Source: Torpedo marmorata | Taxonomy: Eukaryota | Direction of reading: 5' to 3' | Assembly (NCBI GenBank): GCA_977017645.1 | Contig: OZ360221.1 | Coordinates: 40,610,001 to 40,674,000 of the forward strand | Length of the DNA: 64,000 nt | In this document: positions 11,751 to 24,382 of the stretch, piece after piece | Layout: each line of letters opens with the position of its first letter | How positions within the stretch are numbered: the stretch's first letter is position 1 | Made by a program: the position numbers and the translations under genes | The notes under the pieces: model-generated | Databases searched by the model: none | What the model saw: the letters and a program-made list of their open reading frames with translations, nothing else | Told to the model about the DNA's origin: nothing

Positions 11751-12725
11751 AGCTATAAAGTACACCACATCCACAGGTTCCCCCTCATCTATAATCCTCA
11801 AAAAACTCCATATTAGTCAAACATAATTTCCCTTTCACAATTGTTCAATCATGTTATTATTTTTTGATAGCACATAGTGGCGAGTGGCCAGTGTGCAAGT
11901 GGCTCAGGGTAGGAGTGGGACTTAGAGGCTTTGGCGAGCAGAGGCTGAGGACGAACTTGATTCCAGTAAGGTAAGATCTTTGAATTTAAATTAGGAAGAG
12001 TTAAAGGAGACAGCAGCTAGGGCAGTGGAATGCTCCGATTGCAGGATGTGGGAAATCTGGGACAGCACAATTGTCCCTGATGATTACAACTGCAAGAGGT
12101 GCATCCAGCTGCAGCTCCTGGGAGACCGAGTTAGGGAACTGGAGCTGGAACTGGATGAACTCCGGATCATTCGGGAGGCAGAGGCAGTGATAGACAGGAG
12201 CTTCAGGGAGACAGTCACCCCTAAAAGTCAGGAGACAGGTAACTGGGTGACTGTTAGGAGAGGGAAGGGGAATAGGAAGACAGCGCAGAGCACCCCTGTG
12301 GCCCTTCCCATGGGGGACGATCTACCAGGGACAAGCCATGGTGGTCACGTATTGGGCGCAGAGGCTGGCTCCTTGGCTCAGAAGGGAAGGGGGGAGAAGA
12401 GGAGAGCTATGGTAATTGGGGACTCGTTGGTTAGGAGAGCAGATAGGAGGTTTTGTGAATGAGATTGAGGCTCCTGGATGGTATGTTGCCTCCCAGGTGC
12501 CAGGGTCAGGGACATCTCTGATCGAGTTCACAGCATTCTGGAGGAGGAGGGTGAGCAGCCAGATGTCGTGGTCCACGTGGGGACCGATGATATAGATAGG
12601 AGTAGGGACGAGGTCCTGAAGATGGAATATAGAGAGTTAGAAAAGAAGTTAAAAAGCAGAACCTCAAGGGTGGTAATCTCGGTAATGCTGCCTGTGCCAC
12701 GTGCCAGAGAGGGTAGGAATAGGAA

Positions 12726-13486
12726 AAAAAACACAAATGCTGGAGAAACTCAGCAGGTCAAACAGTGTCTTTTATGTAGCAAAGGTAGAAATACATAACC
12801 GACGTTTCGGGCTTGAGCCCTTCATCAAAGTATGAGAAAATGCCGGCAGGTGTCCGAACAAAGGAGTGAGGGGGGAAGGGGGATGGCAAAGGCAGGAGAT
12901 GATAGGTGGAGAAAGGAGGGAGGGGACAGCAGAAAAGAGGGGGAGGAGGGATGGCTGGGTGGATGGAAAAAAACTGGAAGGACAGGACAGGGGGGAGGGG
13001 AAGGAAAAGGCAAGCAGGTTTAGTGGAAAGCAGAAAAGTCAATGTTAATGCCATCTGGCTGGAGAGTGCCCAGACGGAAAATGAGATGTTGTTCCTCCAA
13101 TTTGCAGGTAGTCTGGGTGGGATAGTAAATAAGGCCATGGACAGACATGTGAGTGTGGGAGTGTGACTCGGAATTGAAATGGCTGGCTACTGGGAGGTCG
13201 CTGTTGTTGCGGACGGAGAGGAGGTGCTCAGCGAAGCGATCTCCCAATCTACGACCGGTCTCTCCGATGTAGAGAATGCCACAAAGGGAGCACCGGATGC
13301 AGGAAATAAGTTCTATGGATGTACAAGTGAAGTGTAGCTTCACTTGAAAGGCCTGTTTGGGGCCCCGGACCGTGGTGAGGGGGGAGGTGTGGGTGCAGGT
13401 GTTGCACCTCCTGCGGGCATAGGGGAAGGTGCCGGGGGTGCGATGGGTGGGGAGGGATGAGTGCACGAGGGAATCGCGGAGGGAGC
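12726..13486 (-). mobile_element. Penelope-like element 3' part (GIY-YIG endonuclease)
   Basis: CNTC...CIRCSLCGILYIGETGR...LQPDGINIDF; 15-bp TSD GGGTAGGAATAGGAA (12711-25, 13487-501). Confidence 0.92.
12794..12834 (-). ncRNA. Minimal hammerhead-ribozyme-like motif in Penelope end
   Basis: CATACT-TTGATGA-A-GGGC(TCAA)GCCC-GAAA-CGTC-GGTTATG: core, helix II, palindromic ACGU helix III and GUC site. Confidence 0.6.
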
Positions 13487-14719
13487 GGGTAGGAATAGGA
13501 AGTTGTGGCAGATGAATGCGTGGCTGAAGAGTTGCTGCAGGGGGCAGGGGTTCAGATTTGTGGATCATTGGGATCTCTTCTAGGGAAGGTCTGACCTGTA
13601 CAAAAAGGACAGGCTGCACCTGAACTGGAAAGGGACCAATATCCTGGCGGGCAGTTTGCAAGAGCTGTTGGGGAGGGTTTAAACTAGTCTGGCAGGGAGG
13701 TGGGAATCAGAATGTGAGTGCAGAGATGAGGGCAGAAGGACAAAAGCATGATGCTATGTGCTCTGAGTTTGTGAGGAAGGACAGGCAGGGGACAAAACAT
13801 AAATGTAGCCAGTTAGAGGGGTTGAAATGTGTCTATTTCAAAGCTAGGAGTATTAGGAATAAAGGAGATGAACTTAGAGCATGGATCAGTACGTGGAACT
13901 ATGATGTTGTGGCCGTTGCAGAAACTTGGCTGGAGGAAGGGCAGGATTGGCTGATGCAGGTACCGGGGCTTAGGTGTTTTAAAAGGAATAGGATGGGAGG
14001 TAGGAGAGGGGGGGGGAGTAGCATTACTGGTCAGGGATAATATCACGGCTATAGAAAGGGAGGACGCTGCAGAAGGTGTGTCCACTGAGTCAGTGTGGGT
14101 GGAAGTCAGAAATAGGAAGGGAGCAATCACTGTGCTGGGAGTAGTCTGTAGGCCCCCAAATAGCCCTCAGGACACCGAGGAGCAGATAAGCATTTTCAGT
14201 GCCAGTCGAGGGAGAGTCGGAGGAGGTGTGTGAGACTGGTGTTGGTGAGTGAGATATTTTTGTAAGAGTTTAAAAAGGGCGCGGAGGGCAAAGGGTTAAG
14301 TTAAGTGGTGATTTGTGGAGTGGGAAATTAGGCAATTGAGTAAATTAGCAGTGACCTATAACAGGAAGGGAAGTTGAGGGAGCGGCCCAGGGAAGAAGTG
14401 GAGCTTTGAGGCTTTGACTCAAGAGGCTTAGGCAAGCTGAGGAAGTGCTACTGGTGAGGTAAGGTTGGTTAGTTTATTCCTATTTAATCTAATTGAAGTT
14501 AAGAGGGGGTTATGGCGGAAGTTGGGGCAGTCATGTGTTCTGAATGCAGGATGTGGGAGGTCAGGGACATCACAAATGTTCCTGATGACCACACCTGCAA
14601 AAGGTGCATCCAGATGCAACTCCTGAAAGACCAAGTTAGGGAACTGGAGTTGCAGCTGGATGAACTTCGGATCATGAGGGAGGCAGAGGTAGTCACAGAC
14701 AGGAGTTTCAGGGAGATAG

Positions 14720-14967
14720 TGTGGTAAACCACTTTGTATGTATTGTGGCCTGAGGCAGGTATGACCATGACCTGTCTGTCTGTCCCGGTGACCCCTCCCC
14801 CTTTACCTGGAATAAAGGCCTTGAGCCAGCAACTCCTCCCCAGTTCCGGGACAATCCAGCAGGGATCATCAGGTCAAGGCATAGCTAGTCCTGGCTTTGA
14901 TTCTGTTAATAAAAGCCTGTTAATTCCTGCACTTCTAGACTCGTGTCAGTTATTGATAGGTATATCA
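14720..14967 (+). mobile_element. Solo LTR related to Gypsy element 1 LTR
   Basis: TG..CA; 5-bp TSD GATAG; starts TGTGGTAAACCACT and ends AGTTATTGAT..ATCA like the 3345-3576 LTR; AATAAA. Confidence 0.88.
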
Positions 14968-16562
14968 GATAGTCACCCCAAATAGACAGGAGTCAGCTAA
15001 ATGGGTGACTGTGAGGAGAGGGAAGGGGGGGAAACAGACAGTGCAGGGAACCCCTGTGGCTGTTCCCCTCAATAATAAGTATACTGCTTTAGATACTGTT
15101 GGGGGGGGGATGATCTACCAGGGACAAGTCGCAGGGGTCAGGTCTCTGGCACGGGGGCTGGCCCCTTGGCTCAGAAGGGAAGGGGGGAAAAGAGGAGAGC
15201 TTTTGTAATTGGGGACTCGCTGGTTATAGGAACAGATAGGAGGTTTGCTGGACGAGATCGGAGCTCCCGGTTGGTATGTTGCCTTCCAGGTGCCAGGGTC
15301 AGGGATGTCTCTGATCGAGTACACAGCATTCTGGAGGGGGAAGGCGAGCAGCCAGGTGTCGTGGTCCACGTGGAGACCAATGACATAGAAAGAAGTGGGG
15401 ATGAGGTCCTGAAGAAGGAATATAAGGAGTTAGGAAGGAAGTTAAAAAGCAGGACCTCAAGGGTGGTAATCTCGGGATTGCTGCCTGTGCCACGCGCTAA
15501 AGAGGTTAGGAAGATGTGGAGGATGAATGTGTGGCTAAAGGGTTGGTGCTGGGGGCAGGGGTTCACATATGTGGATCATTGGAATCTCTTCTGGGGAAGG
15601 TCTGACCTGTACAAAAGGGACGGGCTGCACTTGAACTGGAGGGGAACCAATATCCTGGCAGGCAGGTTTGCTAGAGCTGTTGGGGAGGGTTTAAACTAGT
15701 TTGGCAGGGGGGTAGGAATCAGAATGAGAATGCGGAGATTAGGGTAGAAGAACACCCAGATTTGAAGGAAGAGAGGAACCAGAATGTTAAAGTTAATGAA
15801 GGTGAGGGTAATCAAAGGAGTATGTGGGGGACATTCTCTCAAGTGTATATATTTCAATGCAAGGAGCATTGTAAGAAAAGTGGATGAGCTTAGAGTATGG
15901 ATTGATACATGGAAATATGATGTTGTAGCCATCAGTGAAACTTGGTTGCAGGAGGGGCATGAATGGCAGCTAAATATTCAAGGATTCCGTTGTTTTAGGT
16001 GTAATAGAACAGGGGGGATAAAAGGTGGAGGAGTCACATTTTGCTTGTTAGAGAAAGCATTACAGAGGTGCTATGGCAGGATAGATTGGAGGGCTCGTCC
16101 AGTGAGGCTATTTGGGTGGAATTAAGGAATGGGAAAGGCATGAAAACACTAATGGGAGTGTAATGGGCAGAGGGAATTAGAGGAGCAAATTTGTAAGGAG
16201 ATAGCATATATGTGTAATAAACATAAGGTGGTGATTATAGGAGATTTTAACTTTCTGCACATTGACTGGGACGCCCATACTGTAAAAGGGCTGGATGGGT
16301 TGGAGTTTGTCAAATGTGTTCAGGAAAGTTTTCTAAATCAATACATAGAAGAACAGACTAGAGAGGGGGCAGTATTGGATCTCCTATTTGGGATCGAGAT
16401 AGGTCAGGTGACAGAGGTTTGTGTTGGGGAACACTTTGGGTCTAGTGATCATAATACTATTAGTTTTAGGGTGATAATGGAGAAGGATAGGGCTTGGCCT
16501 AAGTTTGAGATTCTTGATTGGAATAAGGCAAATTTCGAGGAGATGAGAAAGGATTTAGAGGG

Positions 16563-18040
16563 TCAGAATCAGAATTTATTGTCATGAACAAGTCATGAAA
16601 TTCAGTGTTTTGTGGCAGCATCATAGTGCAATTAACATTCATATTAACCATCTAACGACATTACTATAAAAAATTATAAACAATAGTGCACGAAAAGTAA
16701 GGCAGTGTCTTTGGTTCATTGATTATTCAGGAATCTGATGGCAGCGGGGAAGAAGCTGTCCTTGTGCCGTTGAGTGCTTGTCTTTAGGCTCCTGTACCTT
16801 TTTCCCGATGGAAGCAGAGTGAAGTGGGCATGGCCTGGGTGGTGGGGGTCCTTGAGGATAGAGGCTGCTTTTTTAAGAAACCGCCTCATGTAGATGTCCT
16901 CGATGGAGTGAAGTTTGGTGCCTCTGATGTCACAGGTCGAGTTAACAACCTTCTGGAATTTACTCTTGTCCTGTGAGTTGGCGCCTTCATACCAGGCAGT
17001 GATGCAACCTGCCAGAATGCTCTCCACAGTACACATGTAGATGTTTACCAGAGTCTTCGGTGTCATACCAAATCTCCGCAAACACCTCACAAAGTATAGC
17101 CGCTGACGAGCCTTCTTTGTGATTGCATCCATGTGGATGCTCCAGGACAGATCCTCGGAGATGTTGACACCCAAGAATTTGAAGTTCTTGACCCTCTCCA
17201 CGACTGAGCCCACGATGAGGACTGGGTCATGTTCCCCTGACTTCCTCCTGAAGTCCACAATCATCTCCTTGGTTTTGCTGACGTTGAGCTCAAGGTTGTT
17301 GCCATTACACCATTCAACGAGCTGATCTATCTCCCTCCTGTACGCTTCCTCATTGCCGTTTGTGATTCTGCCGACAACTGTGGTGTCATCGGCAAACTTG
17401 TATATGGCATTGGAATTGTGCCTGGCCACACAGTCATGAGTGTATAACGAGTAGAGCAGTGGACTAAGCACGCATCCTTGGGGTGCGCCTGTGTTGATAA
17501 TCAGTGAGGAGGAGACGTTGTTTCCAATTCGTACTGACTGTGGTCTTCCGATGAGAAAGTCAAGGATCCAGTTGCAGAGTGGGGTACAGAGGCCTAGAGT
17601 TTGTAGCTTCTTGACCAGCACTGAGAGAATAATGGTGTTGAAGGCCGAGCTGTAGTCGATGAAGAGCAACCGTATGTATGAATTGCTGTTTTCGAGGTGG
17701 TCCAGAGCTGAGTGGAGAGCCAGCGATATTGCATCTGCTGTGGAGCGATTGTGGCGATAGGCGAATTGCAGTGGGTCCAGATCTTTGCTTAGGTATGTGT
17801 CAATTCTGGCCATGACCAGCCTCTCAAAGCATTTCATCACAGTAGAAGTTAGTGCTACTGGGCGGTAGTCGTTGAGGCAGCCCACACTACTCTTCTTGGG
17901 CACCGGGATGATTGATGCCCTTTTGAAGCAGGTGGGAACCTCTGACTGCCGCAATGAGAGGTTGAAAATGTCCGTGAACACTCCGGCTAGTTGGTTGGCG
18001 CAGATTTTCAATACCCTGCCAGGTACGCCGTCAGGGCCTG
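16563..18040 (-). mobile_element. 5'-truncated Rex1-type LINE with open RT frame
   Basis: Uninterrupted 431-aa ORF 16716-18011 ([20 protein letters not shown]); (TTCTGA)n tail. Confidence 0.93.
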
Positions 18041-19576
18041 ATGTGTGGATTGGGATAATTTATTTTCAGGGAAGGATGTAACAGATAAATGGAGGATATT
18101 CAAAGGGGAAATTTTGAGAGTACAGAGTCGGTTCGTCCCTGTGAGGATTAAAGGAAGAGTTAGAAAACATAGGGAGCCTTGGTTTTCAAAGGATATTGGG
18201 AATTTGGTTCGGAGGAAGAGGGATGCATACAACAGGTATAGAAAGCAGGGAGTAGAGGAGGTCCTTGAGGAATATAAGGAGTGTAAAATAAAATCTTATG
18301 AAAGAAATTAGAAAGGCTAAAAGGAGATATGAGGCTGCTTTGGCAGGCAGAGTAAAAATAAATCCAAAGGGTTTCAACAGGTACATTAAAAGTAAAAGAA
18401 TAGTGAGGGATAAAATTGGGCCCATTGAGGATCAGATGGGTAGGCTGTGTGAGAAGGCAGAGGAGATGGGGGAAATTTTAAATGAATTTTTTTCTTCAGT
18501 ATTTACAAAGGAAAGGAATATTGAGCCAGGTGAAGTAAGGAAATCTGGCAGTGAGGTCATGGATAATATTAAGATTAATGTGGAGGTAGTATTGGCTATT
18601 TTAAAGAGTATAAAGTTGGATAAATATCCAGGTCCTGACAGGATATTCCCGAGGACCCTGAGGTTGGATAAGATATGCCAGAGAGTTGTGGTGGAAAATT
18701 GTTGTCAAAATGGAGGCCGGTGACTAGTGGAGTGCCTCAGGGATCAGTACTGGGTCCACTGTTGTTTGTCATATATATTAATGATCTAGATGATAGGGTG
18801 GTAAATTGGATTAGTAAGTATGCAGATGATACGAAGATTGGTGGTGTTGTGGACAGTGAAGAGGGATATTAAAGCTTGCAGGGGCATATTGGACAGTTAG
18901 AAGAGTGGGCAGAAACATGGCAGATGGAGTTTAATACTGATAAATGTGAGGTGCGACATTTTGGTAGGACTAATCAGCATAGGTCATACGTGTTAAATGG
19001 AAGACAATTTATGAGTGCAGTAGAACAGAGGGATTTAGGAATTCTGGTACATAATTCCCTGAAATTTGAGTCACACGTAGATAGGGTGGTGAAGAAAGCA
19101 TTTGGTATGTTGGCCTTCATAAATCAGAGTATTGAATATAGGAGTTGGGATGTCATGTTGAAGTTGTATAAGGCATTGATTGGTGAGGCCAAATTTGGAA
19201 TATTGTGTGCAGTTTTGGTCGCCGAATTATAGGAAGAATATAAATAGAATAGAGAGAGCTCAGAGGAGATTTACAAGAATGTTGCCTGGGTTTCTGGGTT
19301 TGAGTTACAGGGAAAGGTTGAGCAGGGTGGGACTTTATTCCCTGGAGAGTAGAAGGTTGAGGGGGGATTTGAAAGAGGTATTTAAAATTATGAAGGGGAC
19401 AGATAGAGTAAACGTGGACAGGCTTTTTCAATTGAGAGTGGGGAAGATTCAAACAAGAGGGCATGGATTGAGATTGAAGGGGGAAAAGTTTAGAGGAAAC
19501 ATGAGGGGGAATTTCTTCACTCAGAGGGTGGTGGGAGGGTGGAACGAGCTTCCGGCCGAAGTGGTAGATGCAGGTT

Positions 19577-20464
19577 TGTTATGGACCATGACTGACCATT
19601 TGGACTGCGGACGGTCAGCAGGAAGGATGAATTCTTTTGGAGTATACACTGGGGCCAGGTACTGAAAGAGTTAACTTCCCCAGCTACTTGGTGTACCCAG
19701 ACAAGATACATTGTTGCACACTTTTGGTGTACCCAGACAGAGAGAGACCAGAGAAAGAGAGACAGACTGGATAAGATACATTTGTTTCACTTCTGCAAAA
19801 AGCAGGGGCAGATCTCTGCAAAGCAGACAGTTGTGAGTTGCAAGGCTACAGAAGAGCCAGATCCAGGTTTGTGTGCAGTCAGAGAAAATCTGGCAGAATA
19901 GCACATGGCCTCCTGTCTCAGAGAAAAATTCTGAGAAAAAGCTATTTCTGTGGAGAACAGGCGTGAGATCAGCGAGACTAGCTGTGAGATTCAAGCATAC
20001 GCCTAAATCAGTGGTATACTGATCTGGAACTTGCAATCCTTATGAACCTACAAGAAGGGGACATCATCAGAGAAGAAAACAAGTATTTGTAAGCATAACA
20101 GTCATTGTCTCTCTCCAACGTTCATTCAGAAGTACTTCTACCAGACCCAGAGCTGAAGTGAAGCCTGAACTTAGAGAGTGAATCTTGTGGACTGTTTATC
20201 TTTTTTTTGACTGACTTGTTTTTTTATGACTGACCTGGGGTTTTTGGGGAACGTTTTTCCATTTTTACATAAGGGTTGGGCACAGACTGTAATGGTCTGG
20301 GCTTTACACACATACACCTTTTAGATAAGAATAGAGTTTATAGACGTTTATAGTGGGGTTAATGGTTGTGAAATTATATGTTTACTTGTGTTTAATAAAT
20401 AATAATTTCAATTTTACCCCTTTTGCATTGCGTCTTCTGTCGTTGCTGGTTTGATTTTGTAACA
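19577..20464 (+). mobile_element. Solo LTR of the Gmr1-like family
   Basis: TGTTA..TAACA; 5-bp TSD AGGTT; homologous end to end to LTR 40451-41301. Confidence 0.92.
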
Positions 20465-23291
20465 AGGTTCAATTTTAATGTTTAAGGAAAAGTTGGATAG
20501 GTATATGGACGAGAAAGGTGTGGAGGGTTATGGGCCGGGTGCGGGTCAGTGGGACTAGGTGGGATAAGGTGTTCAGCATGGACTAGAAGGGACGAACTGG
20601 CCTGTTTCTGTGCTGTAAGTGTTATATGGTTATGTGGTTATATTTTAGAATGGTGCAGGAAATACAGGATTGTAGTTATGGGTGATTTCAACTTCCCTAA
20701 TAATGATTGGCACCTCCTTACTGCAAGAGGGATGGATGGGGCTGAATTTGTCAGGTGTGTTCAAGAAGGATTCCTGACACAGTATGTGTACCGACCAACG
20801 AGAGGAGAGGCCACACTGCATCTAGTTCTGGGTAATGAACCTGGTCAGGTGGCGGACCTCTCGGTGGGGCAGCATTTTGGTGAGAGTGATCACAACTCCC
20901 TCAGCTTCAGCAAAGCTATGGAAAAGGATAAAAACAGACAAAATGGGAAAGTGCTTAATTGGGGAAGGCCTAATTACGAAGGGATGAGGCAGAACTAGCG
21001 AGAGTAAATTGGAAACAGTTTAAGGGTGAAAGCACAGAAATAATGTGGAGGAAGTTTAGGGACCACTTGTGCTGGGTTCAGGATAGATTTGTTCCATTGG
21101 GATAAGAAAAAGATGGTAGGAAAAGGGAACCGTGGCTGACGAAACAGGTGAGGCAACTAGTCAAAAGGAAGAAGGAAGCATATACTGTATGAGATATAGG
21201 AAGCAGGAAACAGGAAGTGCTCATGAGAAGTATATGTTAGCCAGGAAGGAGCTTAAGAAAGGACTTAGGAGAGCTCGAATGGGGCATGAGAAGGCCTTGG
21301 CATGTAGGATTAAGGAGGACCCCAAGGCGTTCTATGCATATGTGAAGAACAGAAGGATGACGAGAATGAAAGTGGGGCCGCTAAAGGATAAAGGAGGCAA
21401 CATGTGCCTGGAGGCAGAGGAGGTTGGGGAGGTCCTAAATGAATACTTTGCTTCAGTATTCACAAGAGGAAAGGATCTTGATCAGGGTGAGGTTGGAATA
21501 GAAATGGCTTGTGTGCTGGACAATGTGGAGATTAAGGAAGAGGAAGTGTTGGAACTTCTTAAAAACATCAAGGTTGATAAGTCCCCGATGCCGGACACGA
21601 TATACCCCAGGCTGCTGTGGGAAGTGAGAGAAGAGATAGCTGGGGCAGTAGCTATGATCTTTGAATCCTCTTTGGCTGCAGGGGAGGTGCCGGAGGATTG
21701 GAAAATGGCAAATGTAGTCCCCTTGTTTAAAAGAGATAATAGGGAGAATCCTGGGAATTATAGACTGGTGAGTCTGACGTCAGTGGTGTGCAAACTATTG
21801 GAGAGGATTCTTAAGGATAGGATCTATGAGCATTTGGAGAAGTACAGTCCACTCAAGGATAGTCAGCATGGCTTTGTGAAAGGAAGGTCATGCCTCAAGA
21901 GCCTAATTGAGTTTTTTGAGGAGGTAACAAAAGAAATTGATGAGGGTGGGGTGGTAGATGTGGTCTACATGGATTTTAGTAAGGCATTTGACAAGGTCCC
22001 CCATGAGAGACTTGTTCAGAAAGTCTTGAGGCATGGGATCTATGGAACCTTGGCTTTGTGGATAAAAAATTGGCTTGCAGGAAGAAAGCAGAGAGTAGTT
22101 AGTAGTTGAAGGAAAGTATTCTGACTGGAGGTCGGTGACTAGTGGAGTGTCACAAGGATCTGTTCTGGGACCCCTGCTCTTTGTGATTTTTATAAATGAC
22201 CTGGTTGAAGAGGCGGAAGGATCGGTCACTACGTTTGCGGATGACACGAAGGTTGGAAGAGTTGTGGATGGAGCTGAAGGTTGTCGAAGGTTACAAGAGA
22301 ATATCGACAGGATGCAGAGATGGACGGAAAAGTGGCAGATGGAGTTCAATCCGGTTGTGTGAGGTGATGAATTTTGGAAGGACAAACCTGAAGGCTGAGT
22401 ACAGGGTTAATGGTTGTTTACTTAAGAGTGTGGATGAACAGAGGGACCTTGGGGTTCAAATCCATACATTCTTCAAGGTCGCCGCACAGGTTGAAAGGAT
22501 AGTTAAGAAGGCCTATGAGATGCTGGGATTCATTAATAGGGGGATTGAGTTCAGGAGTAGAAAGGTCATGTTGCAACTGTACAAATCTCTGGTAAGACCA
22601 CACTTAGAGTATTGTATTCAGTTCTGGTCAGCTCATTATAAGAAGGATGTGGAAGCTATGGAGAGGGTGCAGAGGAGATTTACCAGGCTGTTACCTGGAT
22701 TGGAAAACAAATCTTTTGAGGCAAGGTTAGCAGAGCTGGGACTTTTCTCTTTGGAGCGTAGAAGGATGAGAGGAGACTTAATAGAGGTCTACAAGATAAT
22801 GAGAGGCATAGATAGGGTGGACAGCCAGCGCCTGTTTCCCAGGGCACGAATAGCAAACACCAGAAGACATATGTACAAAATGAAGAGACGGAAGTTTAGG
22901 GGAGACATCAAGGGTAAGTTTTTTTACACAGAGAGTTGAGGGTGCCTGGAATGCCTTGCCAGGGATGGTGGTGGAGGCTGAAACATTAGGGGCATTCCTC
23001 GACAGGCACATGGATGGAGGTAGGGAGGGTTTAGTACATTTTTGAAGGAATATATGCATCGGCACTAAATTGATGGCCGAAGGGCCTGTACTGTGCTGTT
23101 GTGTTCCATGCTTTCCTATAGTTCCAACAATTTCTTAACATCCGATGTCAGCACAGGTAGGGAGCTCTCTGTTTTACTTTGCCCTCCTTGCTTAAATCGT
23201 GGGGTCACATAACCATTCCAGCTCTGGAAGATAAAAACCAAAGCATCCATTATCTCTCTAACCATTATCTCTCAGCAGGCCAGGTTGATTA

Positions 23292-23905
23292 CACGGGACA
23301 ACAATTTTTTTCAAAAGTTTTGTTTCCTGAAAAAAAATTGGGGATTATGATAGACAATTTCAAGATGAACACAAAGATTATTTCAGATTTGCAGCATCAA
23401 GTCGATAGTTGGAGAAACATTAAATGAACTTTTATTGAACTTAACATGTTTAATCGAATAATGACGCTGACACATTGCGTTAGTTCAACTGACCTAAAAA
23501 TGTTTTGCTGCTGAATTTCGTTTGTACTCAGCATCTGATGGCTCTCATGTCAGTGTCCATCAATAGTTGGCCGGCATTGATGGATTCCAGTTGCCCTGAT
23601 ATTGTTTTTCCATGGTCGCAGTGTCATGGTGAAACCTTTCACCATGTTCGTCACTCTCTGCACCAAGATCAGCAGGGAAGATGTCCAAGTGCGAATGCAG
23701 AAAATGAATTTTCAATGACATGTTGCACTTCATGGTTTTGTGTGCTTGAAGCATGTTAAAAATATAACTGGAAATCACAAAATAGGTGATATCTAAAAAG
23801 CGGAACGTGATGGGAAATTTTTAAGGTGATTTTCGTGATCAGCAGCCCAAAATCCATAAAATACACCCAAAAATGTTCAGGATGCAAAATCTTTGTGGTC
23901 CAATG
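23292..23905 (-). mobile_element. Internally deleted Chapaev3-like (CMC) DNA transposon
   Basis: MSLKIHFLHSHLD..SDEHGERFH transposase C-terminus; TIRs CACGGGACAACAA / TTGTGGTCCAATG; 3-bp TSD TTA. Confidence 0.75.
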
Positions 23906-24382
23906 TTATCAAATCCCTGGCAGTTTACCTGATTTCTCTCCTTTTTCTTTGCTAATATTAATTTCTTTACATCCCCATTTGCACTGAACCCTTGGTTCTG
24001 CAGAATTTCTGGGATTTATTTGGTAATTTCCTCTAAGGTTAGCACACTCGGCATTTGTTTAATTACACTGCCATTTCATTATTCTCTATTGTAAATTATT
24101 CCACCTTTGCCTGCAAGGCACTCACATTTGCCCCTCATGGTCTTTTCCCATTCATAAAACCACAGAAGCTCCAACAATATATTGTTATATTTCTTGCTGG
24201 GTTAGTCTCACGTTCTGTATTTCCTTTCCTTATCAATTATTGGTCATCCTTTTCCGAGTTTTAAAATGCTACCAATCCGCAAGCTTACTGCTTTTCTCAG
24301 TCTACTTTAGAAGCCTTTTCCTTAGATTTAATGTGATTTTAATTTCCCCTGTAATCCATGGTTTAATCACTTCCCTGTTGTG

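Larger units (their letters stand above)
14192..20643 (+). mobile_element. Near full-length CR1 LINE (CR1-B) nested in CR1-A
   Basis: 5' UTR, zinc-finger ORF 14512, esterase ORF 15166-15699, EN, RT with YADD (internal deletion near 18660), (GTTATATG)n tail; carries three insertions. Confidence 0.88.
11870..23110 (+). mobile_element. Near full-length CR1 LINE (CR1-A: 11870-12725, 13502-14191, 20644-23110)
   Basis: ORF1 CxxC..CxxC zinc finger/leucine zipper and GDS esterase; ORF2 EN breaks at EEQIS (14191) and resumes at ILEWCRKYRIVVMGDFN (20644); RT with FADD; 3' tail. Confidence 0.85.

Noticed and set aside
13020-13661. 213-aa novel fusion protein
   Set aside because: Chance read-through from antisense CR1 sequence into the truncated Penelope GIY-YIG frame
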